A stretch of 61,772 bases of DNA, filler included, from Dimargaris cristalligena (lineage: Eukaryota): assembly GCA_003614675.1 (NCBI GenBank). It is 12 parts of 12 records of this genome, joined end to end, with 100 filler letters (N's around TTAATTAATTAA, not from the genome) between each part and the next. Parts side by side here need not be neighbours in the genome. Positions count along the whole stretch, not along the records: positions 20,816 to 25,879 come from ML003687.1; positions 25,980 to 31,041 come from ML003688.1; positions 31,142 to 36,188 come from ML003689.1; positions 36,289 to 41,326 come from ML003690.1; 8 more parts are not named here. One strand, written 5' to 3'. Below the pieces are notes generated by a model, which was given only the letters and a program-made list of their open reading frames with translations, was not told the origin of the DNA and searched no databases. The stretch's first letter is position 1; the number at the start of each line of letters is the position of its first letter. The position numbers were made by a program, and so were the translations under genes. Below, piece by piece: positions 24,494 to 36,685 of this stretch.

Positions 24494-25485
24494 TCATTTT
24501 TTGTGAGTTCAGTAATCTGGGATAAATGGGTAGGTAAACCAGGACAATCCCGGGCTAAATGTCTACCTTGGCGGCAGCGGAAGCAGAGGCCTTGTGCTAT
24601 ACACTGTTAGCACTCATAAGGAGTTAAGGTCTGAAGCCGGTCCAGCTCCATGGGAGTAGAGTTTGATTGGTATACTGGGGGCCGAGGTCGAAATCCCAAA
24701 GTTGGATTATATGGAGGCCACGGAAAACTCAGGGGTTGCTGTTGCCAAGCTTGTCCCTGGCCAGAGGTAGGTCGAAAATTCTGGGGCCGGAAGTTAAAAG
24801 GCTGATTCTGGTGGATAGGAAAACGAGGGGAAAATGAAGGGTAATTTCCTAAATTAAGGGCCTTAGTTTGGGCTTCAGCCAAGTGAGTAACACCTGAGAT
24901 TAATAAGTCCCGACGCAGGGAAGGATGAAGACCATCTAGGAAATATTTCAGTTGGTCAGCTGCATTCATATCAGGAATTCGAAGAACCAAGTTATTAAAC
25001 TGGGAAATGAAGTTAGATAAGGAATTGCCTTGGCGCAGTTGACTTAATTGGCTCCGAAGGGTAAGGCCCAAGTCTTTGTTTAAAAAGTGGGTAGTGATAG
25101 ACTGTGTAAAGGTAGGCCAGGCCATAATAGGTAGCTGGGCAAGAGCAAGGTTTGGATGGGACTGGACCTCATCGGCTACAGTATGGCGAAACCAAGTGGC
25201 AGCTAAACCATCTAAGGATTCAGAGACAAAGGCCACCCAGTGAGTTCTAGGGATACTACGAAGCTCACAAAACATCTCCATGCTTTGGAGCCAGGCCAGT
25301 GGGTTATCACCAGGGTTTCCTTGATAATGGGGAGGTGTGCCGTGTCCGAGTTTGGCCTGGAGAAGGAGTTGAGCCTCAGTGGAGACAATGGAAGCCAGGG
25401 TATCATTTGCAGCCAGTGGACCTTCAAGAGCACGGATTCGCTCTTCAAGTTGGTGAATTCGGTCAGTCTGGGAGTCAGTGGGCAT
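24454..25485 (-). pseudogene. gag: gag with premature TAA (24607-24609) before the zinc knuckle CFRCRQGRHLARDC
   Basis: Retrotrans_gag-like region (L.G.A..W, LRQG.S..FI..F); the frame resumes after the stop through CX2CX4HX4C. Confidence 0.85.
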
Positions 25486-27082
25486 AATAGAAAATAAAAA
25501 GAAAAGATGCGGTAAAAAGGCTGGGTATATATATAAAAGGTGGTCAAATCGCAAAACGTAGCATCACTATCAAATGTTATGGGATTTGGTAAAAATGTAA
25601 ATAATTCACTGAAAACAATAGATAATCGATGGAAATTAGATTTAAAGAATTTATTAAGAAAAATGAGGAAGAGAAAAGCTGGTTGCCGAATTCAAGAAAG
25701 TGCGAAGTTGCTGGTATTTATATGGCAAGGAACTAGTGATAAATATAGCCGTTCCTGGTTACAATCAGAGGCTATCTATATTTAAGATTGATGAGCTCGT
25801 TGAACAATGGGGACCTGTGGTAAATTACAAAGTGATGGTAGATTGTGAACAGGTGGTAAATGATGAATTGATGGTAAACNNNNNNNNNNNNNNNNNNNNN
25901 NNNNNNNNNNNNNNNNNNNNNNNTTAATTAATTAANNNNNNNNNNNNNNNNNNNNNNNNNNNNNNNNNNNNNNNNNNNNAAATAAGAATCGCCAATAAAA
26001 TAACAAACGTCGACGGCATCTATTAACGATAATGGAGGGTCCCCAGCCAACATATAAAGGGGTGCTCGAGGACTTGCATAGGCTGTTACATTGTGTATGA
26101 AGCTGAAGCGTGCAAAAGTAATTAGGTTGGAAGTGCAAAATACCAGTTGGCCTGATGCAATACAATTTCCTAAATACAAGCCAATACAAGGATGATTTTT
26201 AATATTATGCTTGGAATACATAGTTGGCAATTGACCACTCCATTATTTGTGTGGCTCTATCAAAAAACTAAAACCCATAAAATCCCAGTTGCAAAGCAAC
26301 ACAGAAAATGAATCTGATAGATGACAAGGTAACCCTTGAATAAAGTCACATATCCCACCATTTACTCAGAATGACTGCAACCCGCCACTATATTGGAATA
26401 TTATAGCACTACACAGTGCTATATATGATGGAAAGAGCAAAATCTAAACAGGAAGGTGATTTACGGTAAACATAATACTGGGAGGAAGAGAGCCAAAGCA
26501 ATGCATCATGTCCTGGGAGAGGCAACAATAGTAATGCTTCACATTATATGATTGTTTTGTAGGATCGGTTCTTATTACATAAAAACCAAACATGGATATA
26601 TAGTAATATCACTAGCTGTTCTTTCTCTTTTATAATATACTTTTAAGATATTTAACAGAGCACTTGAATTTGGCCCTTAATTAATCATTCCAACCCCATG
26701 ACCTAGTGTACATCCGATTGACATTTGGTTTTCCTAATTTTCTAGATGATAAATGTCGAGGGCGTGTACTATAAAGGCCATGTACCACATTCGATATGGA
26801 GTGTGGTCGCTGAAACCTTATTTCCAACCGCTGGGCATTACGACGGCAATGATTCAACTGTATTGTGGTTACTGCTGTCTAAAGACAATTGACGCTTCAA
26901 AACAGCTATAAGTCTAGATTCTGTGTTTCTATGGTGACACGTCGGTTAAGATGAATATGACATGTAAATTGATATTATTTAATTCAAAAAATTAAAGTGC
27001 ATCCACCAATGCATGTCACCAAATGCCGGTTTTTGTTGCCAGGTCTAGCAAATGAATGTTTACAGCGATCCCAGGTGATGGG

Positions 27083-28288
27083 CTACGCCCCATGGATACT
27101 TTTCATATGCGAAGTGTGACTATTTTGCCAATAAAAAGATTCCTGACATTTCGCGCAGATATAAGATTTCGCCTCAGTGTGCACTTTGGCATGGGCGGTA
27201 AAATGGTCTATCCGCTTATATGATTTCTCGCAATCACTGCAGCTATAAGGCTTCTCCCTAGTATGCACTTGAATGTGTCTCTTTAGATGAGCGGATAATT
27301 TAAATGCTTTTTGGCAAACATCACAGATAAAAGGCTTCTCCCCGGTGTGCGTTCGCATGTGGACATTACAGTTGCTTTGTAATGAGAATGATTTGTCGCA
27401 CTCGCTGCAGTGATAAGGCTTATCCCCAGTATGTGTTCGGATGTGACTATTTAGTTCACTAGGTGCTGTAAATGATTTCTCACAATCCTCACAGCGATGA
27501 AGCTGCTCCTCGGTATGTAATCGCATATGTTTCCCGAGGGAATTGGGATTTGAATACACCTTGGTACACTTCTCACAGGGATAGGCCTTTGCTTTGATAG
27601 GGGTATCGGTATCAATCCCGAGTTCCTTCGGGGCCTTTGTCAAACTTTCCCCTTGATCATTGGCAGATAGCCTCCTCATGCTGGGTAATACTGAGTGATT
27701 GTCATGACGAACAGGGTCCGGGAGCTCGGATTGTCGGTGATGGTGGCTGGTGGGCTCTAATTTCGTCGGTTCTCTTTTCTGGTACTCAATTTGTTGGCCC
27801 TTGGATAGCGATGTACTTGCAACAATGGGATCCCAATCCACACCAGATGAATAATCGAATAGAGTGGGAGCCAAAGTGTCATATTCTGTCTCACTATCCG
27901 CGTCAATCGCATCGTTTATGTATTCTTCTGGATAGGGAAGACTCCTAATCGGCATGAGCTGATTGTCGAGATAGGCAGAGCCAAGTGCGGCTTCTATTTG
28001 GTAAAGCCCCGCTACTTCATTCTCACCCATGGTCTGCCTGACCTGGTCAACGAATTGCCCTAATTCATTCATGTCGAATTGAGCAACTCGATCGATGGTC
28101 TCAGATAATGGTGGGTCCTCGGGATAGGGACCTGGGAGTAAACTAGAGACTGCGTTGCCGTAACTAACCTGAGGGTCATTGGGGTAGCCAATATAGTCGT
28201 TAGGGTTGAATTCCGTATCGTACTCTTCAGAGGCACGGGCTACGGAGAGAAACACCAGAACTAATCCAGCCGTTTTGAACACACGCAT
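27083..28288 (-). CDS. Signal-peptide-bearing protein with six tandem C2H2 zinc fingers (401 aa)
   Basis: First in-frame ATG gives MRVFKTAGLVLVFLSVARA/SEE; acidic N-half; six CX2CX12HX3-4H fingers with TGDKPY/TGEKPF/TREKPY linkers. Confidence 0.88.
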   Translation of the reverse strand: MRVFKTAGLVLVFLSVARASEEYDTEFNPNDYIGYPNDPQVSYGNAVSSLLPGPYPEDPPLSETIDRVAQFDMNELGQFVDQVRQTMGENEVAGLYQIEAALGSAYLDNQLMPIRSLPYPEEYINDAIDADSETEYDTLAPTLFDYSSGVDWDPIVASTSLSKGQQIEYQKREPTKLEPTSHHHRQSELPDPVRHDNHSVLPSMRRLSANDQGESLTKAPKELGIDTDTPIKAKAYPCEKCTKVYSNPNSLGKHMRLHTEEQLHRCEDCEKSFTAPSELNSHIRTHTGDKPYHCSECDKSFSLQSNCNVHMRTHTGEKPFICDVCQKAFKLSAHLKRHIQVHTREKPYSCSDCEKSYKRIDHFTAHAKVHTEAKSYICAKCQESFYWQNSHTSHMKSIHGA

Positions 28289-29639
28289 CTTCGGACCGCT
28301 TCTTAGGAGTTTTTGCGCAAAGTGGGCGGTTAGGGAGTATCGCTTCAGACAGAAACGGAAAAACAACAACCAAGCAAATTGCGTTAATTACTAAAAAAAT
28401 CCGTAAAATCGTCGCTAAATTTATGTTGTGGGGCTGCAAAAATATATGTTGATGTAAGCGCAATAAGGCTAAACGGCAGGCACACCGGGCGGGAGACGTG
28501 TCATAGCAAAAATAGGTAGGGGTGGTATATATATATGGCATTTATGGGAATATGCATAGGATTAGCACTGACGAATAAATAATACTTACCAGTTGCATGG
28601 TGCTACATCCTGTACCATTAAATGCACCAATGCTTTACCGTTAAGGTCTATTCTATGGTTACATTGTTCAGCAATGCTGATATAAGTGCATATTCACTAT
28701 TACTTGATTGTAAGAGGACTCAGTCAGTAATATAGTTTTCCTCTACGGGACTCTTTTCATTCACAACCGGGGAAAAGGTGTTGTCGATACTGGCGAGGAA
28801 GTATTCCCAAGTGACACAAGTGTACATCATACACCGCAGGTAAAGCCATTAATTAGCCAATGAAGTATATGAGGCAGGGCGTATTTCTACAGCGGTTCTA
28901 TTTTGAAAATATTAGATATACTAATATATAAGCTCATAAAGTAGGGATTAGAACCACTGTTGGACTCTGGTCTAAAACTGTTACATTAAGTAATACAAGC
29001 GAAGAGTAATATCTTCCTTCCAACACGGCCTGAGGACGCTGAGACCAGCTCCCTAATGGTAAAAATTGTGTTACTCACTGGGTTAGAGGAGACGTTTCCA
29101 GGTGTGGCTGCAGTTGTGTTACCGCTAAGATCTGGCCATATGGCACTAGGTTTAGGCTGATGGTTGAGGACAATGATACATTTTTTATAGGAATCGTGAT
29201 GTTGAATGGTGGCTTTCCTCGAAGATAGTTAGGGACCTTGGCCAGATTTGATGAAACAAGGGATATATGAAACATATTAATATGTATATTCCAAATCCCA
29301 TTCCCCATTACATATGGTTGCCATGCAATTGTTGATACTGCGCCACTGGGGGCACCATGTACCAGGCCGGCCACCCCTGTCAACAGACTCGCGACCAAGC
29401 CACCACAGGCACCTACTCCACCATTGACATCTATCGGCCCCGAGGCCACTACAGGGATACAGCCCAAGACCACATCGTCAATTAACAGGGATCATATTGG
29501 TACTCCATCATAAATGGGAAAGTTTTCCTTCTCCCAATATGGCTCCTTAGATGACTATGTTCCTATCAGCTTATTATTATATTCCATATGTTAGGCCTCA
29601 CTCCCACCTCATCACTGCTATTAGTAAAACCACTCATCT

Positions 29640-30290
29640 ATATGCAGTGCCATCTGGCAGTCAGTACTTACCTCCAGACTATGAGTGGCCAGTCTACACC
29701 AGTGAAGGGCAGAAAATGCTGGGATATACAGTGGAGGCACCATTTCCACAGTTTTCCCACTGATTTTGCCGCCTATACCATGACCATATACTAATACAAA
29801 AATACCTTTAGCTATTTCTACACTCACAGTTTGCATTTACAAGTCTGAATCAATTTGTTTTGCATTAAAAGTCTGACATAGTTATGAGTGCTCTTATTTC
29901 ATTTATCTACATTCTTTTCTATTAGTTGTTGGAATACTAAGGACATAAAGAAAATAAAATTGGAAGTAAGGGAAGAAGGCAGCTAGAGGACAGTAGGTGC
30001 CTCTAGGTGGTTAGTTTTATTGAATTGTAATTTTTATGAGGTAAAACATAAGTGTCTAACATAAATGATCTCATGATAGCAGAATAAACTAACATAATTA
30101 GGTAAACCAGGATAGGATAAAGAACATGTAGGAACATATTCTTCAACATTAGTTCCCTCTTTCTGTTATTAACATTATCCAGCAGCCTCTAAGGCCCCCC
30201 TAAAGGTTACATAAGTAACCAGCAGAATTTACTCCCTCTTAGAAAGTTGTTATAACCAACTTGTTTAATTTTATTCCATTTTTTTTATCC
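29640..30290. repeat. Degenerate dispersed repeat (family D), similar to ~45055..45500
   Basis: Shared blocks GTGCCATC.GG, CCAGACTATGA.TGG, TTTGCCGCCTATAC, AAAAGTCTGAC, TTATCCAGCAGC, GGTTACATAAGTA.CCAGCA. Confidence 0.65.
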
Positions 30291-30685
30291 TATTGTAATA
30301 TTGGACAATCTAATCCACCTTAATCCAGACAGCTTAGATGTCCAACCATATTAGGCCTTCTAGTATACTGGTGATCCTGGTCAGAGAGGTGGTATCAGCT
30401 GGCAGTGGTTCAGTAGTGAGTTGACTATCTCCCTTTTTGCTGGAAGGGGGCTTCAGAGGCCCTAGCTTCACTGAGTCACTTTGTACATTGTGTTTATGGA
30501 ATAGGTTCATGTTGAAATTTAAAGGTAAGTTAAGAGGAATTTTTTTTATTATAAAGATATTAGTTGGTATTATGTCAAACAGTGTTATAAATTAAATCGT
30601 CAATTGTATTCTGCTTTTACTTGGGCAGGAAATTGACAAGTTTTTGTATCAGTTAAGTCACCATGTACTCCTCATGTAATGCCCA

Positions 30686-31041
30686 TGTCGCCCGAGTTAA
30701 CCACTCTTAGTCCGTCAAGAGTCTCGGGGGTAGGCTTCTAACAGTAGGCGGGGCATTGGACATGGCCAAGCGGCTACTAGTGTTAGGGATGGCGACAAGA
30801 CTAACCGAATGAAGCAAGTGTAAGATGTAGGTGAGGTCCGTGCACTAGATGCATACTTACTAGTAAGTACAAGGGGGGGGGTGAGTATATATAGAGTATA
30901 TTGAGGTAAACTGGGGGATATGAATAAGCTGCTGTTAACCGGTCCCAAAGGGGAGCCCGGTTATATATACGCTGAGGAGGCCTCCAGAGGGAGGTCCCAA
31001 GGGGGAACTACATAATGGCTAACAATAAGGTGGAACTGGAA
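30686..31041 (-). mobile_element. LTR family A, 3' part, truncated by contig end
   Basis: Starts TGTCGCCCGAGTTAACCACTCTTAGTCC, the reverse complement of the LTR 3' end. Confidence 0.8.
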
Positions 31042-31141
31042 NNNNNNNNNNNNNNNNNNNNNNNNNNNNNNNNNNNNNNNNNNNNTTAATTAATTAANNN
31101 NNNNNNNNNNNNNNNNNNNNNNNNNNNNNNNNNNNNNNNNN

Positions 31142-31327
31142 GAGACTTGGATTAGCAAGTTGAGTATTTGGAGTGTAAAGTGTTGGGGTCTAATGAGTGG
31201 GGGTACATAGTAAAGGATGACCCCATAGTACCAGGGGTGACTATGGGAGGGTAAATATGGTGCTATAAGGCTGAAATAGGATGGGTGATTATTAGGCCTG
31301 GATTAAGTCAGATTAAGAGAGCTGACA
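31142..31327 (-). mobile_element. LTR family A, 5' part
   Basis: Ends GCTGACA; reverse complement aligns to ~34733..34920. Confidence 0.7.
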
Positions 31328-32019
31328 CACCTCTTAATTTATTTTATTATATATTTCCTAGTACCTTTGCTAATACATGTTTGTGATTATAGCATTGGGA
31401 GGCAATATTATTTGTAAGAATTGTGGCATGTTGCTAACTTACCTGTATGGTATATTACTTCACAGTTAGTAGCAAATGCCTCAGAAATTGTAATAATTTA
31501 GTAGTGGGCAACCAGGCCACCCATTATTGGTGTACCCTGCCAACTTTAGGAAAGTTTGATTTAATTAGGATAACCAAACTCCACCAATGAATTGTATAAA
31601 TTTACAGTTAGTAAAGAACAAAATCTTGAGCATTTAGACTGCTTGATCTCCAAAGCAAATGGCCAGAGGTGATTCCAGTCCAAACTAAACTATACTAGGT
31701 TGTATTTTATCGATATTTAAAGTTGGTTCTGAGATATCCATCCGAGTTAAAGCTGAGAACCAAGCGGGTTTGCTAGGCTTGGTTGACTTGTCACCAATTG
31801 TTCACTGCTGAGTTATGGAAGAAATTAACAACTTTAATAGAATTGCTATGCAGTAAGTCTATATCCACAATGTGAATCTAAATAGAAACACAACTGGCAA
31901 AGACAAGGGCAACCTTCCATCCATGAAGTAGACTTTAAGATGGCTGATTTAAAATATATAATAAAATGGCAAGAAAGATCATGAGTATTATTGGGTTTCA
32001 AAATATTTTCATCTAAAGA

Positions 32020-33665
32020 TTAGTAGGAGTGGTCAAAAAGAATACGAAGCCCTCTACCAACCCATTTAATACTCTCCTTTACGGTGTATTTTTCAGATTC
32101 GGGATGCATCTTGGTGATGACGGGGTCGGCACCCTGCCGCTCAGCCTTTTTAGAGTGGTAATGCTTAATACGGACAGCACGCTTTTGAATCTCTTCGGCA
32201 AATCGGTAATCCTCCACCTTGCGGCCTGTGATAGAATTCTTCAGCTCAGGTTTATCCAAGAGACCGGGCGTTTGGATACCAGCCGATGGCACACTTTGAA
32301 TCAAATCCCCCTCGTCTGTCAACTGGAAGACTTGGGTATATAAAGGAATAGTATTCCACGGATGAGTTAATAATGTGTTGCCACGGGCGGTCGGGGGCCA
32401 CACTGCATTCAAGTTACGTGAGGCGGTTTGCATATTTCGGTACTGAAGGGTTGTCCAATAGGCCTCGCGGGTAATAAGCGGCTCCCCAACCTTTGAGCCG
32501 GTATCGACAGAGACTTCCAGGATACGTAGTACTTCGCTGACTATGGGTTCATCTTTGCGAAGGGTCGCCAAAGTAATGATCATAAACGCCAACTGGTGAA
32601 TATAATCCACCACCATTTTAATGGCCTGAGAGCCAGAAATAGTGGCAATTTGCTTGACGGCATGTTTGAAGAATAACATAATCTCGGCGTGGCGCTTGGG
32701 CTCGCTGTAGAGGCGCCAAATACTGGCTGCCAAGATCCGAATGGCGATCAAGGGAAGTTGATTTTCCAGGCACAATGCTTCGGAAACGGGCCCCACGTTC
32801 AGTAAAGTCGGGCTGTCAAATAGTTGTACGCTTGTCGCCGTGTGCGTACTAAAACTAGTGACAATGATCTTTTCCCACAGTGCTACTAGTTGATGTCCGT
32901 TGACATTCGCAGTCATGGGAAACTCTTTTTGGAGTTCCTCTTCACCCAATTTAGCCATATTGATGGCCACTCGGTGGTTGTTGGCTAGAAACGGGCTGCC
33001 TTGGTTTAGCTTCAAGAACTTTCCGAATTTCGCAGCGGTAAAATAACATTCATCGTAGACGTATCTTTTGCCACTTTCATGGATTTTGGTACAGTGATTG
33101 AAACTAGGCCCAAAACGCGAGTCGATGCTCGTCAGCAAAGTATCCCACACTTCCAGGCCGGCTTGATGCAACCATGTGGGGGTCATGGCGTTCCAGGCTT
33201 GTTGACTGGTGTATATATTGAATTGCTGCTGAAGCAGGGTATCCCAGTCTCCAAGGGGCTGGTAATCAGGAAAAATAAAGGGCAGTATACTAATATTATT
33301 AAGAGGTATATTATACGGGGCTTGTGTAATTAGGCTATAACCGTATGGAATGTACTTAAAAATATGTGAATAGGCAGTATGGCCGGTTAAGGCCGGTCTA
33401 TTATTGCAGGCAGTGTTTTCGTTAATGCGTGGTATACCAATAAACTTATGTTATGAATTACCTTGTTAACCCAGGAGTATTTTGGGACCTGGCCTATCAA
33501 ACCAGCGCGAGTAGGGTCTATTTCATATTCGGGTGACTCTGAGATGGCAGTGCTACCCGTGGATACCTCAGAAGATTCAGTGGCCGCATAAGGCAAAGAA
33601 GCGCGGGTGTTGGCAACCTGGAGTAAGTGAACCGAAAAAGAAAATACAGATATAGGCACTCTCAT
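32020..33665 (-). CDS. Orphan predicted secreted protein; exons 33665-33462 and 33258-32020 (~480 aa)
   Basis: Hydrophobic N-terminus MRVPISVFSFSVHLLQVANTRA; phase-0 intron AAG/GTAATT...CTGAT.ACCAG joins the two ORFs. Confidence 0.7.
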
Positions 33666-34732
33666 TTTGAACCAGCAAGCGGAAAATCAAACGGAAGTGT
33701 ATAAAGTAAGTCCAAACCAGGATGTTCCTAAAAACATATACGTTTGTGATGGATGAAGTATGTTGTAAAAGGAGCTATAAAGAACCATATGGGTTTGAAG
33801 CAGCGCAAAGATTGTAATAAGGTTAGCTGAAGTAAAAGTGGGCGACAAATACCATGTATATGTATTGGGGCCTGTCGATGCAGGCTTTCATTCACACTAG
33901 ACACCTGCGTGATAAAAAGCAAGAAAGGCCTTGGGGGAGGGAAGGGGGGGCATTGGGTGTGCCTACCTCGAGGGGTTGAATATGACAAACCATATGGTTA
34001 AACAACCCCCCTCGTAAAAGCCACGGTAGTACATAGACAATCAGACTACGAATAATGTGAAATAGCGGTATTTCGCTAACTCAAGATACACTCTTAAAGG
34101 AAATGGTGGCCAATTATGAATAAAGGCTTGGTTTTAAGACTTATTCGGCTTGCGCACTATTGGACAGCTAGTTCTTATAAGTGAACAGTAAAAAGGGGAG
34201 ACCAGAGACGAGAGAAGGGATAATATTTACTTGAAGAACACCTTCTTTTAATCCAGGGTGGTATAATAGGCCTATTGGGTGCCTAGTTACCATCAGAGGA
34301 ATTTCTTAGAGTGTGACTGTATATAGTTGAAAAGATATAAGGGAGTGTAACCACGGCAGCTGAGCTCGCAGTGAACTTTGACTAAAGTGCATTACCGGAA
34401 GATAATATGCGAGTCAGTTATGAGTACCCAATTCGTTCTTTTAGTTACCACTACTGATGTCTATTAATGAAAAAGACGATGGTAGGTCTTAACATATAGC
34501 CATGGGAAACCCCTGCCTATATAGATATTATAGTCTGACTTCAAAGAATTATAAACTGGAATGACCAATTCCTGATTTCCAATAATGGGGGCTAAAAGAT
34601 GGAGGCCTTCAATTGAATGTGAGGCAGTAGAGATAAAGACTAGGGACATTATAGAATCCTCTTATTCTGAGGCTGCGGCTGAGGCCAAAATGGGGCATTT
34701 TTATCAGGACTCTCATTTAGAAATGAAACACC

Positions 34733-35324
34733 TGTCAGCCCTTCTAATCCACCTTAATCTGAACACCAGGCTGACCACCCTTATTCTACCTTATAGTGCT
34801 ATATCAACCTTCCCATAGTTACCCCCAGTACTATGGGATCACCCTATATCATATAACCCTTCCCCTTCCCCTTCCAGACCCCAGCTCTTCATACTAATCA
34901 CTCAGCATGCTAATCCAAAGACTCTTCCAGTTACCCTAAGAGTCTTCCAGATCCTAGTAGCCATCTGGTTGGCCTGTTTTCACTACATACCTTAGTTATC
35001 CATAGTCTTCCCTTGGGACCTCCCTCTGGAGTTGACCCCACATATATATAACTAGGTCCCCTTGGGACTGGTTAGATTCCTTAGCTTATCCTTACTACTT
35101 AGTTTACTCCAATAAACTCTATATATGCTCACCCCCTTGTACTGACCCATAAGTATGCCCACTGCATGTCCCTTGTATAACTAATCACCTAGGCCTTTAT
35201 TAGTTAGTATAATACCCCATACCTAATGCTAGTAGTCCACTTGGCCAAGTCTAAAGCCCTGCCTACCAATAGAAGCCTACCCCTGGGACTCTTGATGGAC
35301 TAAGAGTGGATAACCCGGGTGACA
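34733..35324 (+). mobile_element. Complete solo LTR (family A, 592 bp) with 5-bp TSD ACACC
   Basis: TGTCA...TGACA termini; ACACC at 34728-34732 and 35325-35329. Confidence 0.9.
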
Positions 35325-35912
35325 ACACCCTTTCAAGCCCCAAATTACTGGGAACTAGTATAATTGAGTGTAGTTCCTGAGTGTGTTCAACTAATAAATT
35401 ACTCCACACAAAACCTTAAAAATTGAAGTTGGGCTACTGCAGTTTAGGAAGGCCAAAAAGCAGGGTATATTTAATAAAGAAAAGCACCAAAGTATAGGGA
35501 TATAATATCAGTGAGGTATATTATTACAATGAATAGGGCAGCTTGTGCAAATTCTCCTGTGGATTAGTGTTATAGAATTATCCATTAAATTCAGCACCTA
35601 CTTTGAAGTTACCAAGTGTCTAAGTGAATTATGATACCCTGGACTAGGCTGGCTTCAATGACATCTGTCAATAGTTTAATAAACTTACATTGCAAACCTC
35701 AGATTACAGAATTATGTTTTTTTGATATCATAATACAAGTCTATAATGATTTTGTAGGCATTAAATGGGGCCCCAAAAGGCACTGAATAATTCAGACAGT
35801 AGCTCTGAGACCACTGGGTTTATAATAATCCAATAACTATAGATATGCTAAGTGACATTTGAAATCACTGGGATACATTAATGGCTTTTTTCTAATATTT
35901 TTTGAGGGTAAT

Positions 35913-36089
35913 TATCACCTGGGTTAACTACTCTTGGTCCGTCAAGAGTCCTGAGGGTAGGCTTCTAATGGTAGGCAGGGCTTAGGCTTAGCTAAGCAGG
36001 CTACTAATGTTAGGGTGGGTGTAGTACTAACCAATAATAGATAGGTGTAGACAGATGCAAGGGACGTACAGCAGGCACACTTACTAGTT
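35913..36089 (-). mobile_element. LTR family A fragment
   Basis: TATCACCTGGGTTAACTACTCTTGGTCCGTCAAGAGTCC matches the reverse complement of the LTR 3' end. Confidence 0.75.
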
Positions 36090-36180
36090 ATGGTAAACTT
36101 ACCACATTTTTTACCTACTTTTATTTTTTATCTATTTTTCGCACTTATCAGAAGTACACCCCTGACGAGTGAATGAGCCC
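36090..36180. repeat. Dispersed repeat (family E); inverted copy at ~57048..57132
   Basis: AACTTACCACATTTT..CCTACTT..CTATTTTTC..ACTTATCAGAA is shared in opposite orientation. Confidence 0.6.
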
Positions 36181-36685
36181 CTGCCCCTNNNNNNNNNNNN
36201 NNNNNNNNNNNNNNNNNNNNNNNNNNNNNNNNTTAATTAATTAANNNNNNNNNNNNNNNNNNNNNNNNNNNNNNNNNNNNNNNNNNNNCATTTATCACCT
36301 TCTATATCATAGTTATATTTCGTTTATCACTTTCTGTTTTCATTCATCTCTTTATATATCATTAGTGCAGCGTATTTACCTTTTATCTGAAGTATACAAT
36401 AGCAGAACCAGCGTAGATAGAATCATCTATTATATTTACTGCCCAATATTTTCGGGGTATAAATACCCCTTCAAATCGCAACCTGAATAAAACATCTTCA
36501 TTTTTGGACTCTTTTCCTTGGTATAGAATTGTATCGGCTTATAGCCTGCAGTTCTTTGACTATTTCAGATTATTGATTATTATTAACTAGTGCTTAGGCA
36601 ATTTTCGCTATTTCTATAGCCGTCGGGACTTATTATTCATTCCGCTTTATTAAGTTTTTCCCATCGCTGCACAACAGCCAAGGAA

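Larger units (their letters stand above)
20816..25500 (-). mobile_element. Degenerate Ty3/Gypsy LTR retrotransposon: gag - dUTPase - PR - RT - RNase H - IN (3'-truncated)
   Basis: Domain order; PMELD, CCHC knuckle, LFDPGST, SPWGAPVLF, RLCIDYR, FGLTNAPATFQ, YLNDILIY, TDAS, H-H-C-C zinc finger, IDF..SD.G..YHPQSNGKLER. Confidence 0.95.

Noticed and set aside
25500..25879. 5' LTR or primer-binding site of the Gypsy element
   Set aside because: No convincing CA-TGG junction or tRNA complement found by eye; the contig ends first
30686..31327. One LTR spanning the linker between contigs 6 and 7
   Set aside because: Orientation is compatible, but the family is high-copy, flanks show no matching TSD, and contig order is artificial
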